DNA of 64,000 nt. Source: Vicugna vicugna. Its lineage: Eukaryota. The translations under genes were made by a program, and so were the position numbers. Shown here piece by piece: positions 52,930 through 64,000 of this stretch; the stretch's first letter is position 1, and the number at the start of each line of letters is the position of its first letter. The notes below the pieces were generated by a model, which saw nothing but the letters and a program-made list of their open reading frames with translations, made no database searches and was not told the DNA's origin. The stretch lies in contig MU061579.1 of the NCBI GenBank assembly GCA_013265495.1, forward strand, positions 4,773,146 through 4,837,145, given 5' to 3'.

Positions 52930-53120
52930 AATATCTATTAGTAAGCAGATACTATATACCAGGCCTTTCAAACCTCACAATATTTAATATCCATAGTAAA
53001 CACATCAAGCAGGTATTATTATATCCATTTGATAGATAGTAAAACTGATAATAGGACATATTAAATCTTCACAGAAGTTTTTATTAGCTGTCAAATGATT
53101 GTGTCAAGCTTCATCCCAGG
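52930..53120 (-). mobile_element. MIR SINE
   Basis: 'gcaggtattattatatccatttgatagatagtaaaactgata' matches reverse MIR core. Confidence 0.65.
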
Positions 53121-53427
53121 TTTTTTTTTTTTTCAGTCATTGGTGTTTATACTTCTTTCCCTATGCAACACTGCCGACAGCCTAAAGTAAAAAATAATAT
53201 GGTATGAGTTATTCTGGATATATGCTGAAATTTTTATAAATGCATTACTTGAGAAAGGGAGCAAGTAGTAAGTATGCAAGTAGTATTTATGACACAATTT
53301 TTCAAAAATTTTCATTATCATATACCAGTTAATTACATTTTATGATGTTCAATAAAAGAAAAATTTTGAAATACACAAAATTGTCTTTGTATACCTTCTA
53401 ATCACTGCAGACTTAGGTGAAAAATCT

Positions 53428-53967
53428 CTATGGTATGGGACTCTAGTGTGGCTCTCATAATCCCTACCTTCTGATGATAGCACCTTTGTATTCTCTTCCA
53501 AGCATGCCCTCAAGCGGCAGATATGGGACCATGTGATTATGTGTCTATAATTACATTACATGACAGTGGAACCCACCTTTCTAGGAGACACTTTCTCTTA
53601 CGGGCTTTGAAGGCACAGACTGTCAGTTGTGAGCTGTTATATGGAGAAGGCCACGGAGCAAGGAACAGAGGGTGGCCACTGGCCCCCAGCCAGCCAGAAA
53701 CTGAGGCCCTGAGTCTAGTAGCCTTCTATGTACTTACTGGATACTGTCAAGAAACACAAGGTGGGCAAGAGTACCTCCCCCGGTGAGCCTCAGCTGAGCC
53801 CACAGTCCTGGCTGACACCCTGACTACAGCTCTGTGAGGCCATGAAGCTCAACTACATCCCGCCCACGGTCAGGCTCTGGACCCACAGAAACTGTGAAAC
53901 AATACATTTTCCTTGTTTATGCTAAAAGTTTGTGGTATTATTGTTATTTCAATAGATAACTAATATA
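53428..53967 (+). mobile_element. MaLR solo LTR (MLT1E/F-like)
   Basis: 'ggccacggagcaaggaacagagggtggcc', 'cacagtcctggctgacaccctgactacagctctgtgag', 'acccacagaaactgtga', end 'caatagataactaatata'. Confidence 0.85.
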
Positions 53968-54428
53968 ATCCCATATATATGATTTATACCTTATCATTGG
54001 CTTTCTGATTTACCAGAAATTTTAATTAAAAAATAAGTGCCTTAAATCGTATATGTGTGTGCACACATCCACACAGACATACACATATGCCCATATAAAA
54101 ATGTGTGACTCAGAGAGAGGTATATTTGACAGTTACTCAAAATATTTGTCATTAAGATATGCTTTATTCAAATAAGCATGGTTGAACTGATTTTGCCTTT
54201 AAGTTTCTAAGCTTCATAAAATGAATTGAATTTTTTATAAGTGATGAGAAACATGGGTAAAGCTCTCTTAGTAGACTGGTCAAAAAGTTGAGAGCCTGAG
54301 GTTTTACCAATTACTAGCTTCCAGGAAATGCCAGCTTCAGAGGTCAGCACTATTAATACAAACTATGAAAATATAAAAATGTTTTAAAATCCTTTCTGTG
54401 TGATTAAAGGTTAAAAGCTGAAGTATGC

Positions 54429-54442
54429 GTTGCCATGGCAAC
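54429..54442. promoter_or_regulatory. Perfect palindromic RFX X-box GTTGCCATGGCAAC
   Basis: Exact match to the optimal RFX dimer site, in apparently unique sequence. Forkhead motif TGTTTAC at 54450-54456. Motif presence is certain; function is not shown. Confidence 0.6.
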
Positions 54443-54839
54443 AGTGTTTTGTTTACAGAACTTGTCTTTTCTAGAACTTGTCCTTTAAATGGTAGGAAAC
54501 AACCACTTCAGTCTTAACATTGTATTACGCTCTTAGCTTTCATTAGTGAAATAATGTTTGTTCATTTTTCAATAAGAAGCATAAAATGTTCCAATGTTCA
54601 TTTTGTCCATTTATTTAATGGCATTAGTAGGCTTGTTACTTAAATACATCTAAAGAAAATGAATATGTACTGGTTAATCCAATTGAACCCATGTTAATAC
54701 ACTACTGTGGGTCTAAACATTGGTAAATATAACAAATTCTCACTGATACACAGAATGGAATGTTGTAATGCTCTGCTTCCCTGTGATTTACTCTGGTGCA
54801 AGGACCATTTCATTTGCCAACTTCTACTTTCTGATAAAC

Positions 54840-55190
54840 TGTATTAGTCAGGATAAGATAGGCTTTGTAGTTGTAACAATCAACTCTGACATGGCAGTGG
54901 CTTTAAACATCACACACTTGTTTCTTGCTTTCATGAAATTACCTAGGGTCCATACTCCCCAGGATATTTGGCTGCCATGCAGCACTTTAGTGACAGATAG
55001 CTTCTGCTCTATGCTCTACCATCTCAATACAAAGACTTGTGGTTGCCCTAATAGAGGAAGAGAATGCTGGAGGATTTTGCACTGACCTGAAGGGACACAC
55101 ATCTATTCTGCTCGTAGCCCTTTGGCTACAATTTATTCCATGGCCCTGCCTACTGCAAGAAGGCTAGGACAAATAGGGAAGTGCTGATGA
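54840..55190 (-). mobile_element. Old MaLR LTR (MLT1K/L-like)
   Basis: 'tgtattagtcaggataagataggctttgtagttgtaacaatcaactc', 'ccctttggctacaatttattccatggccctgcctactgcaagaaggctagg'. Confidence 0.7.
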
Positions 55191-55602
55191 CGTTTGCCAA
55201 GCATTCGTAACCCTCCCACATCTATATATTCACTTACTTGCCTTGCCTTCACACCTTGGGAGCATTCTCTTTTTCTTTTTAACCACCCACAAGCCTCTCC
55301 CTTTGATCTGCCATACTCTTCAATCTGCAATGCCCACATCATCCATAATAGACCAGAGCTCATATTTTACTACACTAGTCTAACCCCTGTCAATATTACT
55401 TCGATTCAATTTTTGGAAATAATATTTAGGGCTTCCTGGTCTCCTGGTCCTTAATCCACAGTCCCTTGTTTCTTCCTATTATCATTATCATTATAAGGAT
55501 CATCTCAGTTCTTGCTTTATTGTCTGCTTTCTTTACATGATGTGGTAATAGGCTACGCACAAAGAAAATTAAGTTCTCAGGTCTCAGTTTTCAGTATCTT
55601 GA

Positions 55603-55633
<31 letters not shown>
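55603..55633. repeat. Compound (AT)n(AC)n microsatellite
   Basis: Read directly from the sequence. Confidence 0.95.
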
Positions 55634-56250
55634 TTTGGATTTGTTCAGTATTTGTTGACACTCTCATATTGTTGGTTCATCAATCACTATTTCCACAATT
55701 AAAATAACTTTATAACATTTTTTTCTCGTTCTCTTTTTTCCATATTCCTTGAAATGAAATATGTCATTTTGTTTCACAAACTTGTGAACTTTTACTTGCT
55801 AGATTGCCCTTTTTTTGAGTTAACAAATTTATATCATTAAAAAAATTCAATCGACATTTCAGGGCTACTTAAATAGAAAGGCTTGTCTTGTCTACAAGTC
55901 CCTTGTTCATTTTTCTAGACTGCCATGATGCTGTGAGCTATGCAAAGTTTTATTATAATAGATCAGATTGCATTATTCTCACTTTGATTTTGATATCTGT
56001 CTATCTGTCTGTCTATCTATATCTATCCATCTCTATCTCCCTACCTCTTTCTTTAACTTTCTATTGCTATGAACTTGAGAATTCTATAACATGTAAAATT
56101 CTCATGTTATGGCCACCTATGCTTCAGAGAAGCTATAGGTTACAAAATTTACACTATTAATTGTTGTGACAACTAAAGAGTTTAGTATAGTACTTATGCA
56201 TATTTTAGTGCCCAGTGAATGCTAGCTTCCATTACTATTAAAAGAAATAA

Positions 56251-56341
56251 TAATATTTGGGAATAGAAGATATTATAGCTTACCATGGTAATATTTGGGA
56301 CTAATATTTGGGAATAGAAGATATTAGAGCTTACCATGGTA
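56251..56341. repeat. Complex local tandem duplication (38-bp unit, 12-bp partial copy, C, 38-bp unit)
   Basis: taatatttgggaatagaagatattatagcttaccatgg | taatatttggga | c | taatatttgggaatagaagatattagagcttaccatgg. Confidence 0.95.
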
Positions 56342-57979
56342 TAAACTTGGTACATCACTTATTACTTTTCACTTATTCATGGAGCTTACTTTTCAAATAC
56401 TATGACTCATTTGAGTAGATAATTCTTACAACATTAAAATAATAAACACAATAAATGCAAAATTCTGGGTTTGTGATTATTTGCTTTCAATTATTTGTCT
56501 AAAAGGTGAGAGAAATAGTATGAATAGAGGATGAAATTAGAAAATGTTCTGCTGAAAAAGTTGAGAACGTTCTGAGAAAGGCTGTGTGATATGAAATAAC
56601 TGCAAATAATAAGTTGAAGTAACTAGTAGGTAAATTATTTTGAGCCTCTTTTTTAACTAGTAGCTACCAAGAGCTGCAAGAGCATCAACAAAATATTTCC
56701 TCAAAATATGAAGCTTACGAGTCTCCTGAGCTCCCTGATGTTTGCAATCTACTCCAGTCTAAATGTTCCCTCATTTTGCATCAATCATCTAATGATCTAG
56801 ATTGCCCATTGCTTCCAGCTCTCTTTTGATGTTTTATTTGGTTAAAGGAAAATCAGCTTTACATTGTGAACAGGCATACTGTTAGTGAACTGTGAAATTG
56901 TGAGGAATTGTGTGGTAATTACGGAATATTAGCTCTCCACGGACATGTTGCTTCAACGTGGGAAGAACTGCCAAGAGAATGTAAGTTTCTCTCCTCAGTA
57001 GTCCATCGTTACAGCGACAGTTGTGGAAATCAAAGTGAGATGTGGAGCCATTTTTGATTGCCTTAAACGGTACGTTTATACATGTCAGCAAGAACCAATG
57101 CTTCTGTATAAATTGAAAAGAAAACGAAACAGACTGTGGATGTAGAGTCTCTTGGGTTGAATGGAGGTGGATCAGCTTGTACTTAACATCTGTTCAGGCT
57201 GGAAATGCAGGGGAAGCTTAATATGTTTACTCAATCATATTGACTTCCTGGGTGCCAAGGCAGAAAATCTGAAACACATGACCTCTGTTCACACTATGAG
57301 CGAGCTGTTTAGAACAAAGGTGATGATCCTGGAAGAAAATGTGGAGATGCTGTCTCAGGCACCAGCACAGTTGGAATACTTTGCTGCCAGCAATCAACAG
57401 CCCTTAAATATCGACATTGCAGGCTTTTGTCAACTAGTGTACAGGGCAACCTCTAAAAACATTTAAGAAGGACTAGGAGACAAAACAGGCATATTTCTTA
57501 ACATAGCAAAAGAATATCCAAATATGGGCTCCAAACCTTTTCATTTTTCCCCTTGCAACTCAATACAAAATTATCATGCATTGAATGGAGCATTCTAATC
57601 CAAATAGTTGTTTGTGAAGCCCAATTGTGAAGCTAAATTTCAGTCTCCTTTTTTGAAATCTTTCCTGCAAGCTTAAATACTTTGGCTAGCCAGATAACAT
57701 GTAGTTAAAGTATCAGAAGGGGAAGTCATAAGGAATGCAATTGGTATGTAATCCTCTTTCCTTCAAAATGTTGTGAAACAAAAAAAAAATCATAAAATAA
57801 AAATTAATGTCAGAAGAAAGTCTTATCAGATTTAATCTAATTGGGGTTTGTTGTTGTAGTTTTAGGTTTTGTTTGTTAGTTAACAAATACACTCTGTCTC
57901 TCTGTCTTTGATTGCCAAATGTAAGATTGTAAAATGCCCAGGGTTTTTGTCTTGTGGTTCTTATTCAATTTAAATTTCA

Positions 57980-58400
57980 CACTCCCCAAATTGCCCTTGT
58001 TTTGGTGGGCAAGATGGCAAGACAGTAGCTACAATTCAGTGGGATGAAGTGCTTTACTATAGTCCATAGATTATACTGAGAGTGGTCAGTGGGAGGAGCA
58101 AGTAACTATGCTTGGGGGAATACAACAGGTCACAGAGTCAGCCTTTGAGATGCAGCTTAAAGCTTGAACAAAAATTCACTAACTGGAGGGCGAAAGAATA
58201 TAGCCTACTAAGGGGAGGGCCTTTGGGAATGACAAGGATGTATTCAAAGGCCTGGAAATTTCAATAATGTTCTTCAGTTGGAATTAAAGGTATGTTGGGT
58301 GCAGAGATAAAGTTGAAAAGACAAGTGGCTGAAAGGTTAGATCAGAGGTTATCGTCAAGGGCTGTTGATGTCAAACTAACGAGATTATATTTTAGCGAGG
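57980..58400 (-). mobile_element. L2 fragment
   Basis: 'agctacaattcagtgggatgaagtgcttt', 'gcctttgagatgcagcttaaagcttgaac', 'tcaagggctgttgatgtcaaactaacgag'. Confidence 0.6.
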
Positions 58401-60390
58401 AGGTCTGTGGTCTGCAAAGTGGGGTGTAGGTAACCTTCTTTCCTCCTCCTCCATCCTGTTGCCTTCTGTATCCTCTTCTTCCTTGTGAAACAATTTCTCT
58501 GTCCACCCTCCACGTCTGGTATCACATCAACAGCATCCTTGGTACTCTTGTCCATGAGTAGCATTAGATGAGAACATTCTGATATGTACTTTCAAAATAA
58601 AGATTTCCTGTCTTATACTTAAATGGGAAAGCATGAATGAAAACATTTATAGTAATAAATTAAATATTAATAGGCAAGAGAGTATATAGTAGCTGGTGCA
58701 AAGTAGTAAAAGGAGTGGCTTTGCTACTTGCAAGCAATACTCTATTTTTATTTAGTAATTACCTACTAGGTCTGGTAGAATGACTTAACCAGACAATGTA
58801 TTTTAGGAAATTGGTATACAGAATATTGATTAAGATAGATATACTGTGTAAATAAAATACAAGATAAATATAATGCAATGCTAGATATCACACAGAAGGT
58901 CTATATGACACTTATTTTTGTAAAATCCTAACATTTTAGGTATTCAATTAATGGTTTGATAAAATAGCAAAGAAGAATGACATCTTTTAAGGACATGCCT
59001 TGTATAAGCATTCTGCTTTTTAGAAACTTTTATATTTAAATATCATATGAATTTGTTTCATAAGCTAATACTAATATTGAATGTTAATATATATGTGATA
59101 TCTAGATGTATGTTTCCTCCTTCAAAGTGAGTGTGTGTAGTTCCTTAAAAAGGGTACAATGGGATAAGGAAAACAAATTTTTAAATTAATTATAGAAAAA
59201 TAAGGGATCTATAAATAATATTAATGATCTTCTTTCTCTGTTATTGCATGTTGTGGGTGGCTCTCATATTTACTGAAGATAACCTGGAAATAATCCTGAT
59301 TTTGTAAGTCTGGGATATACTGCCTACCAGTTTAAGGTCAAAATCAAGCAGAATTTTTCTAAAGAAGTTTCAGTTTGAAATTTGATCTCATTTGAACTTA
59401 ATCTCAATGAAAGGCCTATAATCACTTAAATTAACAAGCAAGAAAAATGAAACATTAATTGTATCCTTTTAACTGAATTGAGAGCTGAAACATTTCGAGG
59501 CGTGTAGTCCCAAATTAGCTTAATTCTAATTTTTTCCCACAAACTTCATGTAAAATCAGGGTAAATTCTCCTGCCTATACATAGACTTCTGCTATCTGCA
59601 ACGTATTTAAAAATCTTAACTGATTCCTTTACTTTGTAGAAATTTTAAACACTAACAAAAAGAAAGAAAGTCTTTTTTTTTAACAATTTTATCCACTGTT
59701 GAATTAATCTGCGCTCTAAAAATTCCATAGCACAACACATAAGATGCATATATTTTAATACTGAACCAAAATTTGTCCAAATAAACAGTAATGGGGTTCA
59801 AAATATGGAGATGGTGAGTGACTGCATTAGAACCTGATTATCAACATCTTGAGATCATTGGAATCTTAATACTAAATTTAGTGCTTGTAAGACATCGATT
59901 TACCACAACAAGTAGAGAAAACACCCTATGGCAATACATGCAAGATGTGCTGTGCCTTCTACCCACAAAGAAATGTACACAGAGCCATTCCAACTTGAAG
60001 TAGTTGTTTTAAAATTTGCACATATGCATCAGATTTAAACGTTTTCACTTCCCATTACAAGGGCAATCAGATCATCAGGCTAAATACACATGATATTTCA
60101 ATAGACAAATTCATAGCAAAAATGTTATGTTAAAAAAATGAGTTTTGTTTTAAATGGATGAGCAGTGTTTCTTTGAATCTGTAAAATCTGTATGTTTGAA
60201 GTCTAATGTTGAAAATGGCTCTGATTTTAAATTAAGAAAAGTGCTCTACATAGTCTAAAATTATATAACACTAGTATGTTACTCTTTGAAAATGTTTCCT
60301 TATACAAGTAAGTTATGTTTACAGATGTGCTTCTAGAAGGAATATTTATGTATAGGTACCTCACTATTAACAGGGATAATGAATGTAAGA

Positions 60391-60452
60391 GGAGACACAG
60401 GGAAAAAGAGAGAGACAGGGAGACAGGGAGAGACAGAGACAGAGACAGAGAG
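60391..60452. repeat. Purine-rich (GAGACA/GAGACAGG)n simple repeat
   Basis: Read directly from the sequence. Confidence 0.85.
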
Positions 60453-61254
60453 ATTACCACAGTAATAATCTTCAGGATGAAAACCAGAATTTTATACTTC
60501 CCTCACCAGTGTAGACTGTTGCCTCTGTGCTGCCTTTTAATTGCAAATAAAGAACTACAGGTCATGTCCTAAATCCAACAAGATCCAGAGACTGCAAGCT
60601 AAATTTTAGAACACTAGTACTGACATTTCACTGTATGATACTTAAAATAAATGTTGACATAAACATAAAATCCTGAACAGGACTTAGACTAGTATAACCA
60701 TTTACTAAAATTTAAATGTTAAATTAATTTCTTTATGTATGTTAGAACACAAGACATCCCCTAACATGTCTTTTGTTTTTTTAAATTTAAGTAGTGAAGT
60801 TGAAAACATGGGACTCTTCTTAACCACCTTTCCTCAAATTATCAATGTATTTTTTAAAAGGATATTCCTTTTAAGCTCCTTCACCATAGAGATTTGCACT
60901 GTTTTGACAAAGATCCTGGCTAATTTAAGCCCATGGCAGGAAGCAGTTTAAGGTCAGTAAAACAGAATTATCATATCTTGTTCAGTGAAGTAACACATAA
61001 AGAAAAATGTCTGCTGAAAGCCAACCAAACCACTGTCAACCCCAGAATTGTCAGGCAATTCCTGGTCTTCCAGGGTGCTATTCAACTTCCTCTTTGCATT
61101 AGGGATTTGCAGGCTAAGTAAATGCCTTTCAGAATAAGTCAAATTTAAGTGCATTGTCCAGCTCAGTGTTTCCATTGCTTGCGATAATCATGGTTCAGTG
61201 AATAAGAGTAAAATTGGAAGTGAAGAAATGCTCTAAATGGTCAGGCTTGTCCAA

Positions 61255-61400
61255 ATTTCAGCCTCTGACACTGTCAAGGAACTTTTCCATGGAGCTTTAA
61301 TTACCTCACCTATAAACTAGGGGCAGTGAGATTTGCTCTTTTTTCCCCAGCAAGACTGTTTTAGAAAACAAACTAAATACATTTTTTTGAAAGCATATTT
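61255..61400 (+). mobile_element. MIR fragment
   Basis: 'ctttaattacctcacctataaactaggggcagtgagatttg' resembles the MIR core. Confidence 0.5.
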
Positions 61401-62379
61401 GACATAATAATTTATGATGGCATTGTTTTAATTCTCACAAGATTTTCGAAACTATCAAGTTAAAAATCTCGGTAATTATAATCTTCAACTTGGATCAAAA
61501 AATTCATAAGAAAATCATGTTGGTCATCACTTCATTTAATCACTCCTTGAGTCACTCAAGCATTTATTAAGCAACCATGATGTGCAAGTGAATATCTTTG
61601 CTATTAATGTACTGTGAATCTAAAACAAGAATGAGTCCTGTGGAAATCATGTTGGAAGACAGTTAATTGCCTTAAAGGAAATACATAGTAAGTTTTTCTT
61701 GGTTTAGAAAACAATATCCATTTGTTAGACCACGACAGTTTTTAGCAACAAGAATAAATTTGAATTGCAAATCATTTTATTTCTCGATCACTATAGAAAT
61801 CTAAAATTGGCTTACAATTACCTTTAGAATAACACCCTGAATACTTTGTTCTTTAGGGCTTTGTATGATCTGGTTCCAGTCTGACTCACCAAACTTACCT
61901 CCTAATACTCTTCTTCCATTGTATGTCCCTCAGAATCTTGTCCTTATATTTAGAAATTTTAGTTCTATACTTTTGCTAGGGAAGATACAACACACAGTAA
62001 ACTGTGATGAAGGCTTGAGTAGGCTCTTCTAGATATAAACTGCCCATTTTAGGAATTAGATAAAATTTTGGTGAGGTTCACATCCCTTCTTGATAGTAGA
62101 GGGTCCTAACTGCTGTTCTTATATAAATGGACAACTAACTAACCAAACTTCATCTGAAAGTGAAAACTGTTGGATATATTTTTGAGAAGTGAAGATGGAA
62201 AGTGGTATGGCAAGGAACTTGTTATGAAGCCACAGAACTTTCCTCTGAGCTGTTTAACACAAGCAGTCAGTCAAAGATGTCAAGCAGTGTCTATTTTATT
62301 ACTTTGCATTCTTGGTGTAATTCTAAAACAGAGACTTCATGAAGAGCCTAAGAATAGATTTTCTTTGTTGTTACCATTC

Positions 62380-63420
62380 TAACTTCTACTTTCATACCCC
62401 TCAACTCCAAATTCTTCTTTTTCACTGAAAGCTGTACACCTTTTAATTCCTTCACATACTCACCTTTTTCCCTGTTACAGCTATTCCGTCTCTGAAAGCC
62501 TGGAGCTAATTGGGGTCTGTTGACATGTTCCTCCTTACCTGAATTTAAGTCCTATTCCATTTCTCTGTCTTCTACCATTTTGGTTCTTGGACAATTCCAC
62601 CTACTCTCAAACTAAGTTCATTACCATCTAAGACTGCTTGACTATTGCCCCCTGTACCATTTGTTTGGGTACAGATCAACCATTAGTCTATCTAACCATA
62701 TGGAAACACTCTCTCTTAAATGTTCTTGAGCTAGTTATATTTTTTCAGCTTTACTCTATTTATGGAGAGATGGCACAAACACACAGAGAAGTCCTCATTT
62801 TCTTATTTTTATTCATGTTCATGTGGTAATTTCATTCATATATTTAGTCAGTATTTTCCACCAACACTCTTAAACATTGATGTCATCTTTAACACTTGTG
62901 GGGTTTTTCCCTCCTCACTGAGCCATCATAATTTTTCTTTTATTCCCCCTTCTATGCCCAGTCAGGTCTTTATGAACTGGCTACTGGGTTTGAGCAATAG
63001 ACTCCTGCTGGTCTAGCATTTGAGGACCTGTCTTTATAATCAATCAAAACCATCCAAAATCGGACTCACATTCAGAAATACAACCTTGATCACATCTCTC
63101 ACTTTTTCAAACCCCTCAGTTTGTGACCTCTGCTTATGATTCAAGGCTTTGTTAGACATTGAAAGTTCTCTGAAGTCTAGCCTGAATGATCCTTTCTATT
63201 CTTATTTCTCATATGTTCCAGGAGATATCTGACTTCCCTCAAAATAATTGCTTGCTGTTTTTTCTAGGAATATCTTCACATTTCTACTTCTATGTACCTG
63301 TTTAGGTTTTCCCTGGAATTCATTTTTCGCTTCCTTCTATTAAGAACTTTTATTCTTTTCTCAAGGGTCAATTAATACCAATTTTTCAATGAGAAGTTCT
63401 GTTTAATCACTCCATGGAGT
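62380..63420 (+). mobile_element. L2 fragment(s), decayed
   Basis: Pyrimidine-rich plus strand with L2 blocks ('tttatgaactggctactgggtttgagcaatagactcctgctggtct', 'ttgatcacatctctcactttttcaaacccctcagt', 'tcaagggtcaattaataccaatttttcaatgagaag'). Confidence 0.55.
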
Positions 63421-64000
63421 GCTCAGTCATGTGAAAGAGGAAGTTTTATAAGCAGTAAATAAGGTCACAGTTAAATAAATGCTGTGGTTGAAGACTTAGT
63501 TCAAGGAAATTAGAATACGATATACAAAGTTATCCCTGCTCTTTGAGCCTTCCTTATCTAGATTATAATTCCTTAAGGTCACAGATAATATCATGCTCCT
63601 CCTCCTCTTTTTCATTTTTATCATTCCCTGTAAATCTTCCAAATAAAATCTGCTCAATATTGTATTATTATTTGATTGCCTAAGTTGGAAGGTGTATTCT
63701 ATAAAGGCTAAGCTCTGGACAGGATTTGTTAATTTAGCACTAACCAATGATTCAAGAAAGCCTTCCAAGACTACATTAAAAAACTCATGTTTTATGCTCT
63801 TAAGTCATCATTAATAAATTACACAAATAACAACCGAAAGGTTTAGACTATCAGGTGCTCTTCTAAATGCTGAAGAAATGGCAGAGGGGAAACAATGCCC
63901 TGCTTTCAATAGATTATGGACTGTTCTTAGCACTTAGATAATTAAAAAATTGTATTTCTTGATTAATATTTATAAAATATTGTATATTTTAATTACATTA

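Noticed and set aside
56251..56341. Possible CRISPR-like repeat-spacer pattern
   Set aside because: Only two units, the 'spacer' is a partial copy of the unit, the context is mammalian and there are no cas genes.
58400..58720. Possible hAT/Charlie-like DNA transposon piece and a short minus-strand ORF (MDKSTKDAVDVIPD...)
   Set aside because: Could not confirm terminal inverted repeats or an 8-bp TSD. The ORF runs through a purine-rich low-complexity tract.

Overview
AT-rich, CpG-depleted mammalian non-coding DNA (gene desert or a very large intron). It is most likely from a camelid, judging by two tRNA-derived Vic-1-like SINEs and two young L1 3' ends that I recognise from memory as camelid-type. 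I could not identify any host protein-coding exon, RNA gene or CRISPR-like array, and none of the supplied ORFs outside transposon remnants matches a protein I recognise. The window is a layered transposon record: old L2, MIR, HAL1 and L1M fragments; several MaLR (MLT1) LTRs; a decayed ERV-L reverse-transcriptase fossil split by a nested MLT1A-like LTR and followed by an MLT2-like LTR; a solo ERV1-class LTR with a 4-bp TSD; and two young 5'-truncated L1 insertions with perfect TSDs. The most notable non-repeat signals are (i) a perfect palindromic RFX X-box with an adjacent forkhead motif (54429-54456), (ii) a repeat-free block at about 38.0-38.4 kb carrying a minus-strand splice acceptor and a 53-aa MGNASS- small ORF, downstream of the co-oriented solo LTR, and (iii) other repeat-free, CpG-retaining candidate enhancers. 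I cannot support a new biological system from sequence alone; the candidates are hypotheses. Repeat subfamily names come from recalled consensus similarity, not from a database search, and boundaries of old repeats are approximate.
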